Assembly (NCBI GenBank): GCA_003427395.1
Contig: BFEA01000018.1
Span: 3,239,461 to 3,303,460 of the forward strand
Reading direction: 5' to 3'
Length of the DNA stretch: 64,000 nucleotides
Source: Chara braunii
Taxonomy: Eukaryota > Plantae > Charophyceae
Below the pieces are notes generated by a model. The model was not told the DNA's origin and did not search any database. It saw nothing but the letters and a program-made list of their open reading frames with translations. Shown here in pieces: positions 48,073 to 61,699 of the stretch; position 1 is the first letter of the stretch; every line of letters starts with the position of its first letter. Position numbers and translations under genes: made by a program.

Positions 48073-49347
48073 ATGATGACGGAAAGCCGCAAACCGCAGC
48101 CGCAGTTAGACCAGAGCTCAACTCGGGAGCTGAACTTAACGGTTCTTCAGCGTATAGATCATGAGGTCGAGGAGATCCTCACTACTGCCGGCCACGTCAC
48201 TCTGTACGAATTTGATGTGGAGGAGAAATCTTGGAGCCGAAAGGATGTCGAAGGCGCGCTCTTTGTCGTTAAGCGGCGCGCGCAGCCGCGTTTTCAGTTC
48301 ATCGTGATGAACCGAAGAAGCACTGCCAACCTCGTTGAAGATTTGCTGGGCGATTTCGAATTCGAGGTACAGATTCCTTACCTGCTGTACAGAAACGCCC
48401 AACAAGAAGTCAATGGCATATGGTTTTTCAACCAGAAAGAATGCGAACAAGTGTCGAAACTGCTAGAGCGAATTCTTTATGCGTTTGCCAAGGCCCCGCC
48501 GCCGTCCCGACCTCGACCATTCGTTGTCCCGACTGGAGGTGGAGGGGCTGCTGCTGAAGCTCAAGGCCCAGACTCCGCTGTGCCAGGCCCGACCACCGGT
48601 CCCGCTCCCGTCCCCGCTGTGTCTTCTCCTGTCAGAGCGGCTGATCCCAACACAGATCCTGCCATAGAGAAATCCGACGGTAGTATAGTGTCTGCAGTCT
48701 TCAAGAAGCCGCCGCCGTTGGAGGCACGGGAGGAAGATTCCCTTCAGAAGCTCTTCAGGAATGTCTCCGTGCAATCGAAGCCGTCTGACTCATCTGCTGT
48801 CATGATGTCACTTCTTACACCAGCCGGGATGACGGGGACTTCCAGCAGCGATGCTCGCATCTCGTTGAGTTCCAGTATGCCTCCATTACCTCTCCCAACT
48901 CCTCTCTGCTCCTCTTCTATCGCCAGCACTACTTCCAGCATTCTCCCTCCTCCAAGACATGTCCTCCCCATTGAAGACAATCGGTTTCGCCTGCTGAAGC
49001 CGTCCTACTTTGTCTCTTCATCTCTGTCGTCGTCCAGCGCACATACTAATTCGATGGCCCTGTCGTGCTCCCGACTGCATGGACCCTTGCTGAACCCTGT
49101 TCCTGTTTCTGGCCCTGCTGGTCCCGTTGGTTCTATCCCTAATGTTATCCCCGCGCCCTTATCCCCGCCTCTTCCGCCGCCTTTGCTACCTCCACATATC
49201 GGCGGCGGCACTTTGCCCAATCCTAATCATCATCCCATCACCATCACCAAGGATCGGATTCGCACGGCGATGTATCGGTTGCTACACGATGATAGATTCA
49301 TTGATATGATATATCGTGAGCTGGTGGATGGGCTTAATGCCACGTAG
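48073..49347 (+). CDS. DCP1: mRNA-decapping enzyme subunit 1 (424 aa, single exon)
   Basis: N-terminal EVH1 domain closely matching plant DCP1 (LNLTVLQRID..WSRKDVEGALFVVKR..PRFQFIVMNRR..NLVEDLLGDFEFEVQ.PYLLYRNA.QEVNGIWF), a P/S-rich linker, and a C-terminal trimerisation helix (ITKDRIRTAMYRLLHDDRFIDMIYREL). The ORF is uninterrupted from ATG to TAG. Confidence 0.96.
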   Translation: MMTESRKPQPQLDQSSTRELNLTVLQRIDHEVEEILTTAGHVTLYEFDVEEKSWSRKDVEGALFVVKRRAQPRFQFIVMNRRSTANLVEDLLGDFEFEVQIPYLLYRNAQQEVNGIWFFNQKECEQVSKLLERILYAFAKAPPPSRPRPFVVPTGGGGAAAEAQGPDSAVPGPTTGPAPVPAVSSPVRAADPNTDPAIEKSDGSIVSAVFKKPPPLEAREEDSLQKLFRNVSVQSKPSDSSAVMMSLLTPAGMTGTSSSDARISLSSSMPPLPLPTPLCSSSIASTTSSILPPPRHVLPIEDNRFRLLKPSYFVSSSLSSSSAHTNSMALSCSRLHGPLLNPVPVSGPAGPVGSIPNVIPAPLSPPLPPPLLPPHIGGGTLPNPNHHPITITKDRIRTAMYRLLHDDRFIDMIYRELVDGLNAT

Positions 49348-51937
49348 CTCGTTGACTGAGGAGTTTGTTGACGGGAATCTCGTGTCTAACGGTTTTAGGG
49401 CATATTGCTTGTGACAGCCGGAGCAGGAGGAGAAGGCGGCAGCGGCGGCGGCGGCGGCGGAGGAGGAGGAGGAGTAGGAGGAGGACAGACGGAGGAGGAG
49501 GAGGAGCTATTGCTCGACGCGCGTCATGTTGACGTTAACAGCAAATTAATGGTGATGAGCAGCGAGTCGCTGAGCTCAGCTTCTTTTCCATTCCCTTTGT
49601 CGGTGGCGGGAATGGAAGTGATGGACATTTGCGGCGGAGAGTGGATTGTGGGTTTTGGCGGGACTGGATGATGTAGAAGAAAAAGATAAATCCATGAGAT
49701 GATCCAAAGGAACGGAGTTGACCTGGAAGAGGGAATTTGTCGTTGTGTGGACATAAAATTTACGTCGCACCAGCAGTCAAAGCGAGAGATTAATTAAGGT
49801 CTAGGAGGAATGATGATGATGATGATGATGTGCGAGGACCAGCAGCAGGAGGAGGAAGAGGAGGGCGCGGAAGACGAACTTGTACACAAATTCTTCCACA
49901 TTCGTATCGGCTCCGGTGAAAGCATAATAAAGTGAAGCCGTCGGATTGATTTGATTTGCTTTGATTTGATAGTTTTTCATTGGATTGGGTCGTGGCGAAA
50001 TTGAACAAAGGGGAGAAAGATACGACGCCCTCCCCCGTTCAAGAGAGTGAGTGGTCTTGAGAGCCGGTGTTGTTGGGGGGAGGACAAGCGCCCGCGATGG
50101 ACGGCGACAGTCGACAGTGTATCTACGTGTCTCCGCGTTTGGGGTGGGTGGTCGGTGCCAAGCGCTCAAGGCTGCTATTTTGACGGGATTGGAACCTTCT
50201 TGCGGCTGAGGCCACTGGGGGGGTGGGAGGGATGGGGTTGTGGCGCCGGCGATCTGAATGCTGTTTGTGTACGCGGTACAGGGGCTAGCAGCAGCAGACC
50301 AAGCCTATTTTCTCTTGTGGGGGAACTTCCTTTCCTGAAGGTGTTCCGTTAACAAGCGCCTGTGTATGGGGCGTGCCGCAGCAGTTGGGACGAGAGGAGG
50401 AGATGGGTGGGCGGACCAAAGAGGAGGCCAGGAAGGAGGATAAGAGAAGGGGCAGCCTTCTCTTAGTCGTTTTATCTGTGTCGACTGACTGCTACCTATG
50501 TTTGCGAGAGTTTAAGGCCGTGGTCTACGGGCTCTGCGAATCTGACGATGCATACATATCGAGCAGGTTCTTCCTGCTTGGTACGGTTCCCCATGGCGGC
50601 GGAGTTGTGAGGAATGGGTATGCAAGATAGTTGTGTTTGGCGAGGTTCGAGTAATGTTGTGTGCGGCGGCTAGGACAGCGGTCGTGGCGGGGGAAGCGGG
50701 GAGAGGGGGGGGGGGNNGGGCAAGGGGAGGAGATGGGTGGGTGGGATTTTCTGACTTCTTCTGAGTGTATAGCGCTGCGTGCATGCCTGTTGCTAGGAGT
50801 TTGTCGAAATATGGGCTATTGCCGCTGTGCTCGATGCTTTGTTTGGGGGTCGGGAGGGTGCGGGGAAGGGAGGAGAGTGGCCACGGAGTGCAGGCTGGAC
50901 TTCTCGCGGATTGGGTGTTCTTTAACAGGTCTGATGTGACGCGGGAAAGACCGATTGATATGAAGACCAGGTGTTTGCCTCTCTAGCTCCATATTTGAGT
51001 AGATGTATTCGAGTTTGTGAAGGCGCAACGCGACTTGCCTGTGGGAATCTTGTCAGGCCTCTTGGGTGCTGACTCTGGAGAGTGTAGTATCGGGGGACTT
51101 GCTTAACTCTCGAGTTAAAATGCGTCCTGGCTTACAGCGACTTCTTGAGGATATGCTTAGTGGTAGAAGGCTCAACACCCTGTGTCTCAGGGAGCAACTC
51201 ACAGCAGGACTTGAAGATGTGAATTTGTCCAGAACTGCAGTCGGATGCATTCGGGCGAAAGTGCTGGTGCGAGTATGCCCTTATGTATTCCAAGTAGCGG
51301 GGACTATCTTCTTCGTGAGAACGCACGCATTCAAGTGGTGAGGCGCCAGCACTTTCAGGCTTTGACAGCCTTTGGTGAGGAGGATGTACTTGTGTGATAG
51401 GAGGTCTCCCTCCCAAGGCACAATGTGTGCCTTGTCTCGTGTTTGACATGTGACTCTATGGGATCGAGATACGCCGTTTGCTACCCACCCAGTTTTTTTA
51501 AGAGTCCGAATCCTATCTCTACTGCGAATCTTGGTCCCGAGCAGCTTCGTGAGGTCGCTGGTTCAAATCCTGTTGGCCACATTCACAGGTGTTGGGAGAT
51601 CTCCCTCTTGGCTTTATCCATGTCCATGAGACTGTCCTCCCCGGCTTCACTGGGCCCGTTTAGTACCATTTGCGGTCCCGCTTGGTACCGTTTGCCGTTC
51701 CGTTTTGTACCGTCTTCCGGCTTGGAACCGCGTTTAATGCGGTGCTCTTACTCTGCTGGCCGTTCTCAAGATTTCTCATAGTAACATTTCCAGCTGGGTA
51801 TTTATTTCTCTTGGCTCTTGCCCATTTGGATGGTCCACAGCGCGCTTGGGTTGGGTTATTACTTTAATTTGGTGGGGTTTGTGAGAGGCGAGTACCGAAT
51901 GTGAAGTGAGGAGAAAGTGGAAAAGGAGAAAGAGGAA

Positions 51938-51972
<35 letters not shown>

Positions 51973-54899
51973 GGGTTTTGGCGGCCGATGGTAATACTCC
52001 TTGACGCGTTCGTTCAAGATTGACCTTCCTGGGGCTTGCGGTTTGCCCGGTCCGTCTTTTTTTCTGCAAATTGAGGATCTCCATAGGGTAGGATGGGTGT
52101 TGAGGAACGTTCCCTTTTATAGAGCCGGATGTTTCTGGACGGAGGGGAGGGAAAGAGGGGAGGGTATTGGTGATCGTCTTATTGCTTTTGGTGTCTCTGT
52201 TTTTTTCCTTGGTATTCTCGCGTAGTAATTAGTCTGGGAGGTTTGGAAATTGGCTGTTAAAGATTTCTGAACGACGAGGGGGGAGGAGGGGTTGTGAGGC
52301 TGTACCGGGGGAGGCATGAAGAGGTTTTCGGCGTTTTGGTACTTATTCTGGTTAGGCGTGCACGTATGGTGATTGGCCTGTGAGATGTCACAATGGGCTT
52401 TGGAAAGATTTCTGAACGCTAAGCAGTCTAATTAGGCACTGAGAGGCAGATTTGGGAGAAGATCGGCAAGGCGAGGAAGGCTCCATCAGGGAGAGGAGAG
52501 CGTGGAGAGTTTCTCGCTCGTAATCTGTGGATGCGTATATCTTAGGGCGCGCTGGCAAGTAGGACTCCTCGACTAAATGTTTGCCGATATTGGGGAACAG
52601 ATACATACACTACGTTTCAAGTCCCAAAGTGAGTATGCCCATAGTCCGTGGATATAATTGTCTCCAGCCGTTCAATATGCAACAACTAACGGGGCGATGT
52701 TGGGCTTGGTGTGAAGTATATTCGATGGCCAACGCTCGACGGGAGGAGGAGAAGAGGTGATGCGGGTCCTGGAATGTTTCCCCCCATATGGGAAACGCTA
52801 GTGTGTAGGCGACGAACGGGTAAGGATGTAGATGGAGATGTGACAATTCTCCCCCCCGGATGCGGGTGTGGTGATTGCCATGGGGATTCTACGAGTTAGG
52901 AAATGATCGTGGGTCGGGTTGGGCAGGTTTGGGAAAATAGAGTACGTTCTGTGGGGAGAAGAGGTGATGGGAGTGGAGATGATCGTTGTGAGATGAGGAG
53001 GTTTCCTCCTTGAATATCCGTTGTATTTCGTGGATATCGCAGAAGTTAACTGGCGGACGAGTTGGTCGTAAGTTGGGTTGGACAGCAGGGGTGCCAAGCG
53101 CAGGGGGATTCGAGTCGAATGTCCCGTCCCTTTGTGCTCGCTTACCGGTTCGTATTTGGTTACCTGAAGCTGATGGAGAAGCACCCACTGCTGGATCTAT
53201 TATCTCAGATGCACCCACTGCGGGATCTATTACAGTATCTTAGTCGGAACTCTCTTAAAGTTGGGACCTGCCGAATTGGGACCTTGAAAGCAAGGACGGT
53301 GGGAAGTGGCTTGCTTGTAAGGCGGATCCCGTTGTCGGTTGCCTGAGATGATGGGTGCGACGTTACTTTTGGTGTCCAGTGACGAACCTGGTCCCTATTG
53401 GTGTAGTTGTTTCCTCCCTGCGGAGGGGGGAAGGGGAGGGGGGAAGGGGAGGGGGGAAGGGGAGGAAGAGGAGATCGGAGAAGGGGGAGTGGTTTAAGGA
53501 CGGGGTGGAGCGTGTAGATTCGCTGCGGGTGTTCTAATACTTGTATGTCTACATACGTCGTTATCAGGATGTCTACAATGACGAACCTGGTCCCTAATAT
53601 GTCTACATACGTCGTTATCAGGATGTTGGTGGATGAGGAACACAGGCGGGAGTAGGGAGGGGATGCATACCTTGGTTCTGGACAGGATGGGGGAACGCAG
53701 CAGAAGGGAGGAGGCCGGGGTGGAGGGCGGAGGGGGGAGGGGGGGGGGGGGGGGGGGGGGTTGTGTGTGCCCCGGGGGGGAGAGTGGGGGCACTCGAAAA
53801 TAAGAAAGCAACGATAGGAAGACTGGTCTTCGTTGGTCGGACCTGTTCGAATTGGATGAACTCGTCCTTCCAGGATGGGTGAAGATGGCGGTCGAGGATG
53901 CCAGATAGGTAGACAGACCACATATCTGTAGTCTCGTTCCAATCGAGATGAAGTTGGGAAAGGGAACACTAGCTGCTGTGCAATTGGGCGGGGGGCGGGG
54001 GAACGCGGGGAGAGGGGGGCCGAGATGTTAAAGAAAAGAACCACATAAGATTAGGTAATTTCGCTAAGATCATGACTGAAGCAAGCTATAGCGTTTTTTT
54101 TTCTTTTTCGTTTTTTTGTCCTTACATTTCTCCGTCTTGTTTTATTCTTGCGAAAAGGAATAGGGAATACGATTCCCTCGTTTAAACGTTTGATCGGTAG
54201 TATGATAGATGGATAGAGGGATGGACGGTTGGATGAGCTGTCTGTCTGCAATTAGCATGTACGATGCTCTGGATATGGCGGAAGGTTGCTACGTGGCCTT
54301 GGTCCGGTTATTGTGGAGGAGAATACAAAAGGACAGTGTAGCAGCCTCCTTTCAAGCCTTCTGCAGGGCAGGGCTGGGCTTAACAGTTGGTTGGTTAATC
54401 ATCTGGTGACTTCGAATCTGACTGTAGGTATTAACTTTTGCCAAGTTTCCTTTCATTTGTTACGTTCCGGTCTGGTAGGTAGTTGCCCACCCAATTTGAC
54501 GTGAGAAAGGACATGAAGCTAGGGAAGTGGGTCAAGGTTGGTGGAAGCGGAGTGATGGATAAGTCAATGGATTACAAGATTCACTGCGCGAATAGGAACT
54601 TATTTTCAGGCTTTAGGCCGCATCAATAGATCAAATGACCACTCGGGGCCGTCTTTTTGCGCCCCAGCCAGGCTGAAATAAAAGCGGGACCGCTCTCTGT
54701 GGGTCCTCTGCTTGTTTAGATTCTGTGTCTGTCCGTCTGTCTGTCTGTCTCTCTCCCTCCCCCTCTCCTCTTTGTCTCTGTTATCTTTTTTTACTTTCTC
54801 TCCCCCCCCCCCNGGTCTGGCCTCCCCCTCTCGGTTCCTCCATTTGTTGACCGGTGGTTCCCCGAGGATCTGCTGCTTGCTTTTGATGGGTCCACATGA

Positions 54900-54961
<62 letters not shown>

Positions 54962-57900
54962 CTGGCGACTTCCTCTGGGAATCACAGTTGATCGCTGCGT
55001 AAGTCGTCCGTCCAACTTCCTCCTCCCTCAGTCTCTCTCTCTGTCTTTCTCTCTCTTGCTTGATCACTTGCTCTTTCTCCTCTCCTGCCTACCCCACCTC
55101 TTACCCGATCACTCCAGCTTCCACAAGACGATACAGGGTGGTCCCCGAGAAAGACAAGAAGGTTGTCGCGATTGATACAGCATTTCAGTAGCAGAAGTGC
55201 TTCGGGGGTGGTGTCTTGACTCGAGTGCAAAGAGACGTCAACCAAGAGAAACGATGGACTGGCAGGACGGATGCAGTGATCTGGTTTTGACACAGGTTCC
55301 CTACAAATTACTGAAGTCACAGTACGTTCTTGAGCATGGCTGTGTGAGTGAGTGAGATTGGCACTGAGCTGAAACTTCCAGTTTCGGATGTCATGTGGGA
55401 CATCTGGAAAGTGCAACCTCTCATGGGACCTGTTCTCGGGAAGAGATGTATGTCAGGTACCTTTGAACTACTGGTAGTTGTGTATGCCTCAATTATGTGA
55501 GCTGGTTAATGAGAACAAGCTCTTCTTGGTCTGCAATGAGAACCAGATCTTCTTGAATAAGCTCGTCCTATGAACCAGCTCTGCTCCAATTGCTGCTCCA
55601 GGTACACAGGTTCGAACCGAGGCATGGGACATCACTGCTTGATCGTTGCAAGGCCTACTAAGCTAGCAAGTCCTGCTGAACTACACATGATCTGTCGATG
55701 ATCTGATTGCGACACACACTACTGCTGTATAGAGTCAGGATGTAGCTGTGTGAAGCAGCTTATGTCCTCTTCGTGTCTTGGAGTAACTTTGAGAAATCTT
55801 TCAGCTAGATGTCTGATTGGATCATGGGTTATATCCAGGGGGTTTATGCAGCCTTGACCTCCTCTGGTCCTCGTACCCTGGGTTCTGTTCTTAGGACCTC
55901 TTCACAGAGGTACATGATCACAATGATCGCATGTTGTCGAGTGTCGGTGGAGAACGAATCCTGAGTCTTTCCTTACCCTTTCAGCAGCTTTTGTTCGGAA
56001 TGGGGGTGGTTGTGAGGTTCTGTCATGATGAACCAGGTGCCAGTGGTCGACTCGGAGAGGCTATTAATTGACCAGCCACACCAGAAGATAACTTCAACTT
56101 GTCCTATGATGATATCAAAGAGGATGTCAAACCACTTGGGGAGTTGCTCAATCATTTGTAGGTGAATAGTTGGCGCTTGTACATGCAGACGTGTCACTGT
56201 GCAGCATATTTGGCACGCCTTTTGGTCCAACTGAGTGTATAGGGCTTGGACACCTGGTGCTGGGTGAGGGAAGGTTGTATATATAGCAGCAGCTCTGTTC
56301 ACCTTCTTCCAAATGTGTGTACAGGAAACATTCATGAATCGTCGCGCAATTGGTTGCTGTTAAGAACATGCTACCATCACCAAGAACGCAGTGGGTTCGT
56401 TTTTGGTACGGTTGCTGGAGGTGCAAGGTCTAGCTATAGCTGGTCAAGGCACAGTCATGAGTATGTGTGCGATCGGTTGTGGTTAAGTTTCACTCCTATC
56501 ATTGAGAGCGCAATGGGCCCAGTTTTCGTTACGGTTGCTTGTGGTGCCCAGTTCTGGTATGGTTGCTTGTGGTGCGACGGCTAGCCACTCGAGGGCAGGA
56601 TTTAGGTATCCCTTGCCAATCTGGAACGTAATCGGTGCAAGACCAGCTGTCGTTAAGGTGCCCTCCCATCACCGAGCATGCAATGGGTCCAGCTTTTGGT
56701 ATGGTCGCTTCTGATGCGAAAGCTAGCCGCTGATGACTAAGATTTAGGTGTCCCATCCTGATGAGGAAAGTAATTGGTCTGAACCAATATGGCTGGTTGT
56801 CAGACACGTCCGTGCAAAGCTTAACCATGCCCACAGCACATCATGTGATTCATATATCTACCGGCAAAGCACATATGAACACGCGACAACCTGTCACTGT
56901 GACTCAGGAGCAAAATCCACCCGAACAGCGGCGGTGGTCTGGGTGGTTTCGTTGAGACTGTTGGGGAAACTTATGAATACTGTCCGCCTGCTCAGCTCGT
57001 TCCTGGCGGAAGGCCATACACTTGACATGTGTTGGGAAAGGGATTGCAAAGACAACTTTTCTTTTTGTGCCAGGTGTGGCATATGTTCCAGGTCAACTGA
57101 GGACTTGCATGTCCCAGAAGCTGAGAAGGCTTGGGGGGGTATGTACCCTCGAAACAGGCTTGCATGAGGGGCACTGACTCGGCCACTTTGCATTTTCAGT
57201 GGCCACTTTGCATTTTCAGCAGACTATCTTGTCTGCCATATGTGCCTGATTGTCTCAGGACTCGTCATGTGTATTGCGTGTTAAGCTTCTATTGGGTACT
57301 GTCCAGGAAGTGGAGATTTTGGGGAGCTGAGAATGGTGAACTTCTGCCTGACAGGTGTTGCTAGACTAGGCATAAGATTTGCCACCTGCTGAGGGTCAAG
57401 CTGATGTGTCTCGTCTTGTGGATGTTCATGATTCTCTCATGGCGTCCAGAGTGTCGCAGATGCCGTTGTATTTTATTCCGTAGGTTTCAAAAACCGGAAG
57501 CTTAGCTGATGGCAGTTGCTGGCCGAGGGATGTAGAGCTTGACACCCATGTGCGCGGTTGTTAACGATTGTTCTCTTTTGTGTAGCAACGGGGTACGTGT
57601 TGAGCGTCTTCAGTCTTCACCTGGGTGCATTCCAGGAACTGGAGGGCAGGTGAATTAGAGATAATACGATGCTCTGCTGGTCGTCGTTTGTGGCGGTGAA
57701 CGGATGCATAGAGGACAAGTGATAGTGAGTCCACTGAGAACACCGTTTTCTGGAGCAGAATGTAGATCCGTCCCAGCAGGCGATGGATAGCATGTGTTGG
57801 TCAATCGTCTCTGACTCTTTGCTGGTAGCTATGTGCCCAAAGTTCCTGCAATGGCAAAGACAGGCGTCTTGCAATCAGTGCAGGCAGAGCTTGCAGGATT

Positions 57901-58045
57901 TGAGACGAGCTTTTCACGGAATTGTCCACTGCCTTCGGCTAAATTTTGGGAGGCGTTAATTGCGTAGAAACATGTATCCGAGGAGAAATCACTGCACCCT
58001 TCTTGTTTGTTTGTGTGTGTGTGTGTGTGCGTGTGCGTGCATGCA

Positions 58046-58280
58046 TGCGAGGGACAGACCTTACCACCGAGCTTTAGCTGTGGCGCACTAGACAAGCATG
58101 GAGTCGGTCTGTATTACAGCCGCATTGGTGGTGACTCACCACGAGCTAGTTGTGGCGGACCAGACAAGCATGGAGCTGGTTTTTGTTATGACCGCATGTT
58201 AGACTTACCACCAAGCTATAGCTGTGGCAGACTAGACAAGCATGGAGCTGTTCTGTGTTACGGCTGCATTGGTTCTGGTC
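58046..58280. repeat. ~77-bp minisatellite, 3 copies
   Basis: ttaccacc(g/a)agct..agctgtggc..ctagacaagcatggag..gcat occurs three times. Confidence 0.85.
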
Positions 58281-58948
58281 TAGCAACAGTCATGCGAAGT
58301 GGCACTTGACCCATGGTTGGAACAACAGGGCGAACGAGGCTAGTGAGGCCAAGGGTAGGTACACTCAGGACCAGCTGGGGCCAGCATTTTTGGGAGCAGC
58401 CGATTCGGACGGAGCCTACGACCGGACTTGAACCGGAGGTGTGGGGTCCAGTTTTTTCCTTCTTTTCTGTTCGTCTTGTCGCTTCGACTGGGCCCCGCCA
58501 TACTCATTGGTCTATGTGTATGTGTAGGCTTAGCAATTGCCGTTGGCCATTATCCGACTTTACAACTAAGTGGATAGACCCGGACAGTCCAATATCGATA
58601 ACCTAGCGCGGATTCATACTTACTCCAATTGTGCCTAGACTTGGGCCCAAATGTGGCAGTAAGTCAAGGTGGCCCTCATTAATAAGTGATTTCTATAGTT
58701 GACCTGAGGCATCATTTGGTCTTTATCAATCTCATGTGTTGGGCAAGAAACAGAACAGAGCATGCTATAGAGCCTATAGACTGAGGGGCAGAATAAGGTG
58801 TGTGGCACTGCACATGATATGACAACAATGAGAGCCGGCAGTACTCGAGTTGTGCATTTTGGATCACACAATACTATGTGTGTGGCAGTGAAGGGATAAG
58901 GTCCCGAATACTGAAAGCACACAAGGGTAGGGTGTGCATGTGTGTGTC

Positions 58949-59011
<63 letters not shown>

Positions 59012-59399
59012 GTGTGCCCTTCTCATTATGTTGCAAGGCAAGGGAGGAGGAGAAGAGGAAAAGAGTTTTGTGTGTGTGCTCTCTCTTTCTCTCTCTTGCT
59101 ATCGTTCTGTCTTCCTCATGGTTGTGCATATGTGTCTGGAGGGAGCTGGACTCTGTGGATGAAGGTACAAATCTGCTGTTCATGTGGACAAGAAGGGATA
59201 AGGAAGGAGGAGGGGAGTTGCTTTCAGAAGCGTGTATGCCCCCTTGGTTCAGACTTGCTTGTTCTTGTGAGGGCAGCTGCTTCTAAAGCTTCTTGCCTCT
59301 TTGTTTTCGATTACATATTGTCATGAAGGCAGCTGCTTTCAAAAGTCTTTCCGGTTCTCGATTGTTCCATGTATGCCATTTTGTGTATTGGTGGGAAGT

Positions 59400-59507
59400 A
59401 TGTGGCTACCGTCTTTAACCGAATATAACACCTTGTATGGACCGAAAGTTGCCCCAAATACAGCTATAACGAATGGGTGTTCTATTTGGGTGAAGACGAT
59501 AGTACAT
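59400..59507. other. Long imperfect hairpin, paralogous to 59602-59718
   Basis: atgtggctaccgtctttaaccgaatataacacc pairs with gggtgttctatttgggtgaagacgatagtacat. Confidence 0.65.
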
Positions 59508-59601
59508 GGTCTGTTGTTTGTCTTCTTTTCTTCCTTTCCATCTTTCGTCTCTGTGTCAATAAGACCTTCGCGGATATGGAGTTGTTGTGGTTGCTACTAC
59601 G

Positions 59602-59718
59602 TGCTACAGTCCTCCCCCGAACACAACGTATACATTCATTATAGCTGAATTTAGACCGAAAGATACACCAAATTCAGCTATAATGACCGTACGTTGTATT
59701 CGGGGGAAGACTGTAGCA
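59602..59718. other. Near-perfect 117-nt hairpin (pre-miRNA-like or tiny MITE)
   Basis: tgctacagtcctcccccgaacacaacgta..tcattatagctgaattt pairs with aaattcagctataatga..tacgttgtattcgggggaagactgtagca. Confidence 0.85.
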
Positions 59719-60115
59719 ATATTGAGGGTTTTCAACTCTGCATCACCGCAGTCAACGTTTCTCTGGGCTTGGGTCTGCAAAACACAGAACAGCGGAAGTT
59801 TTAGAAATGGAAGTCATCGTTGCGACTGTGTATTTATTCAACAAAAGAGTGCAATCGTAAAACAAATGAACTGCTGAAGTTTCAGAGTGCCAGACCTCTG
59901 ACGTCCCAGTATACTCTTTTACATGTACGCCCTGCGGGAGTGCTTGTGAATCCAATCACGCCTACGAAAATGCTTGCCATAAGTGAAGCATCAGTATGGT
60001 TAATCCGCCTACTCCCTGGCCCCCTCTCATAGCTGTGCATTCTCTGGATGCTATTGCAACAGTGCATTGACTGCTTGATGCTTTTATCATCAGGATGACC
60101 ATCACTATGGAAGTA

Positions 60116-60158
<43 letters not shown>

Positions 60159-61699
60159 CCTCCCCCCCGCCCCCTTGCTCTATCCTCCCTTCCTACCCCC
60201 TCCTCAATTGCTGCTCTTGAAGAGTCTAATGGTGCTAGTAGGATTGCATAGCTCAAGTTTCAGGTCCTTCAGTCCTCAACGTTATTTTCCTTTCTGTATT
60301 GCTGTGCTACCAGATCGGATGTCCGGGACCCCCCTGACCATCCGGCATGTCCGACCGGACAACCTGCCCAACCGTCCGCCAGGGGGTCCCTGTCCGACAC
60401 AGCATGGAAAAAGGGGGGTGTGTAGGTTTTGACGTTGGGGGGGCACGAGGGTGGTGAGTGGGCTGTTGCACCCCCGGGAGAGGAAGGGGCCTTTTTTTGG
60501 GTGGCCAGCACGGCCTCGGAATCGAAAAATGAAAAGGCTCAATCTGGGCCGTCAGATCTGTGAGATCCACGGCACAGATCAGGCCATTTGAATTGCGGAA
60601 GTCTGATAACGAACTGACTCACACCAACTGACTTGCATGGCATCACTCCACACACATACAATCATGAGATGGTGGGGTCTGGGTCATTCATAGACGATAC
60701 CCAGATCCCGTACACACATACGCAGATGAAAGGTGGGAGGAGAGACGAAGGAGGTGGGAGGTAGATCACACCGATAGGTCACAAAGATAGAGTCTGATAG
60801 GTCTCCGAAATGGTAGTCCAGAATGTCATATAACAAGATCAAAATGTCGAGGACCAAAGGTCACCAATGTCCGAGATAACAGAGTCCAGATGTAACCGGT
60901 GTCCAACTGTGATGCAGCCGAGTATCAACCTCAACAATCTCCAAGTCTCCAATCAGGTAAGTACCACAGTCTCGTATCACCGAAGTCCAACTCTGATCTC
61001 TGTCCAACTGGATAGTCTCCAATCTGAAGAAGAAGAAGAAGAAGAAGAAGATAGTCTCCAATCTGAAGAAGAAGAAGAAGAAGGAGGAAGAGGAGAGAGA
61101 GAGAGAGGGGANNNNNNNNNNNNNNNNNNNNNNNNNNNNNNNNNNNNNNNNNNNNNNNNNNNNNNNNNNNNNNNNNNNNNNNNNNNNNNNNNNNNNNNNN
61201 NNNNNNNNNNNNNNNNNNNNNNNNNNNNNNNNNNNNNNNNNNNNNNNNNNNNNNNNNNNNNNNNNNNNNNNNNNNNNNNNNNNNNNNNNNNNNNNNNNNN
61301 NNNNNNNNNNNNNNNNNNNNNNNNNNNNNNNNNNNNNNNNNNNNNNNNNNNNNNNNNNNNNNNNNNNNNNNNNNNNNNNNNNNNNNNNNNNNNNNNNNNN
61401 NNNNNNNNNNNNNNNNNNNNNNNNNNNNNNNNNNNNNNNNNNNNNNNNNNNNNNNNNNNNNNNGGCCAGGCCAGACCCTGAACCGTCCAGATGGACGGTT
61501 CAGCCTCAATCGGCGGGCGGCAGCTTCAAGAGCGCCGCCAGGCCCAAACGAAGTGTCGTTTGGGCCTACCCGATAGGTGATGGTCCAAACTCAGGCCTTT
61601 AGGGCCTGTAAACCCCAAAGGTCGGGCCTTTAGGCCCTGGTGTGTCCCTCCGGCCCTAAGTCGGGTCCGGTAGGACCCGTGTGAGTCGAAGATGTAACA

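Noticed and set aside
51540-51585. tRNA gene or SINE head (gaggtcgctggttcaaatcc, B-box-like)
   Set aside because: Only a T-arm-like motif is present; I could not build a cloverleaf or find an A-box.
52330-53400. Possible 3' end of another LINE on the minus strand
   Set aside because: The resemblance is only vague and no firm RT or zinc-finger motif was found.
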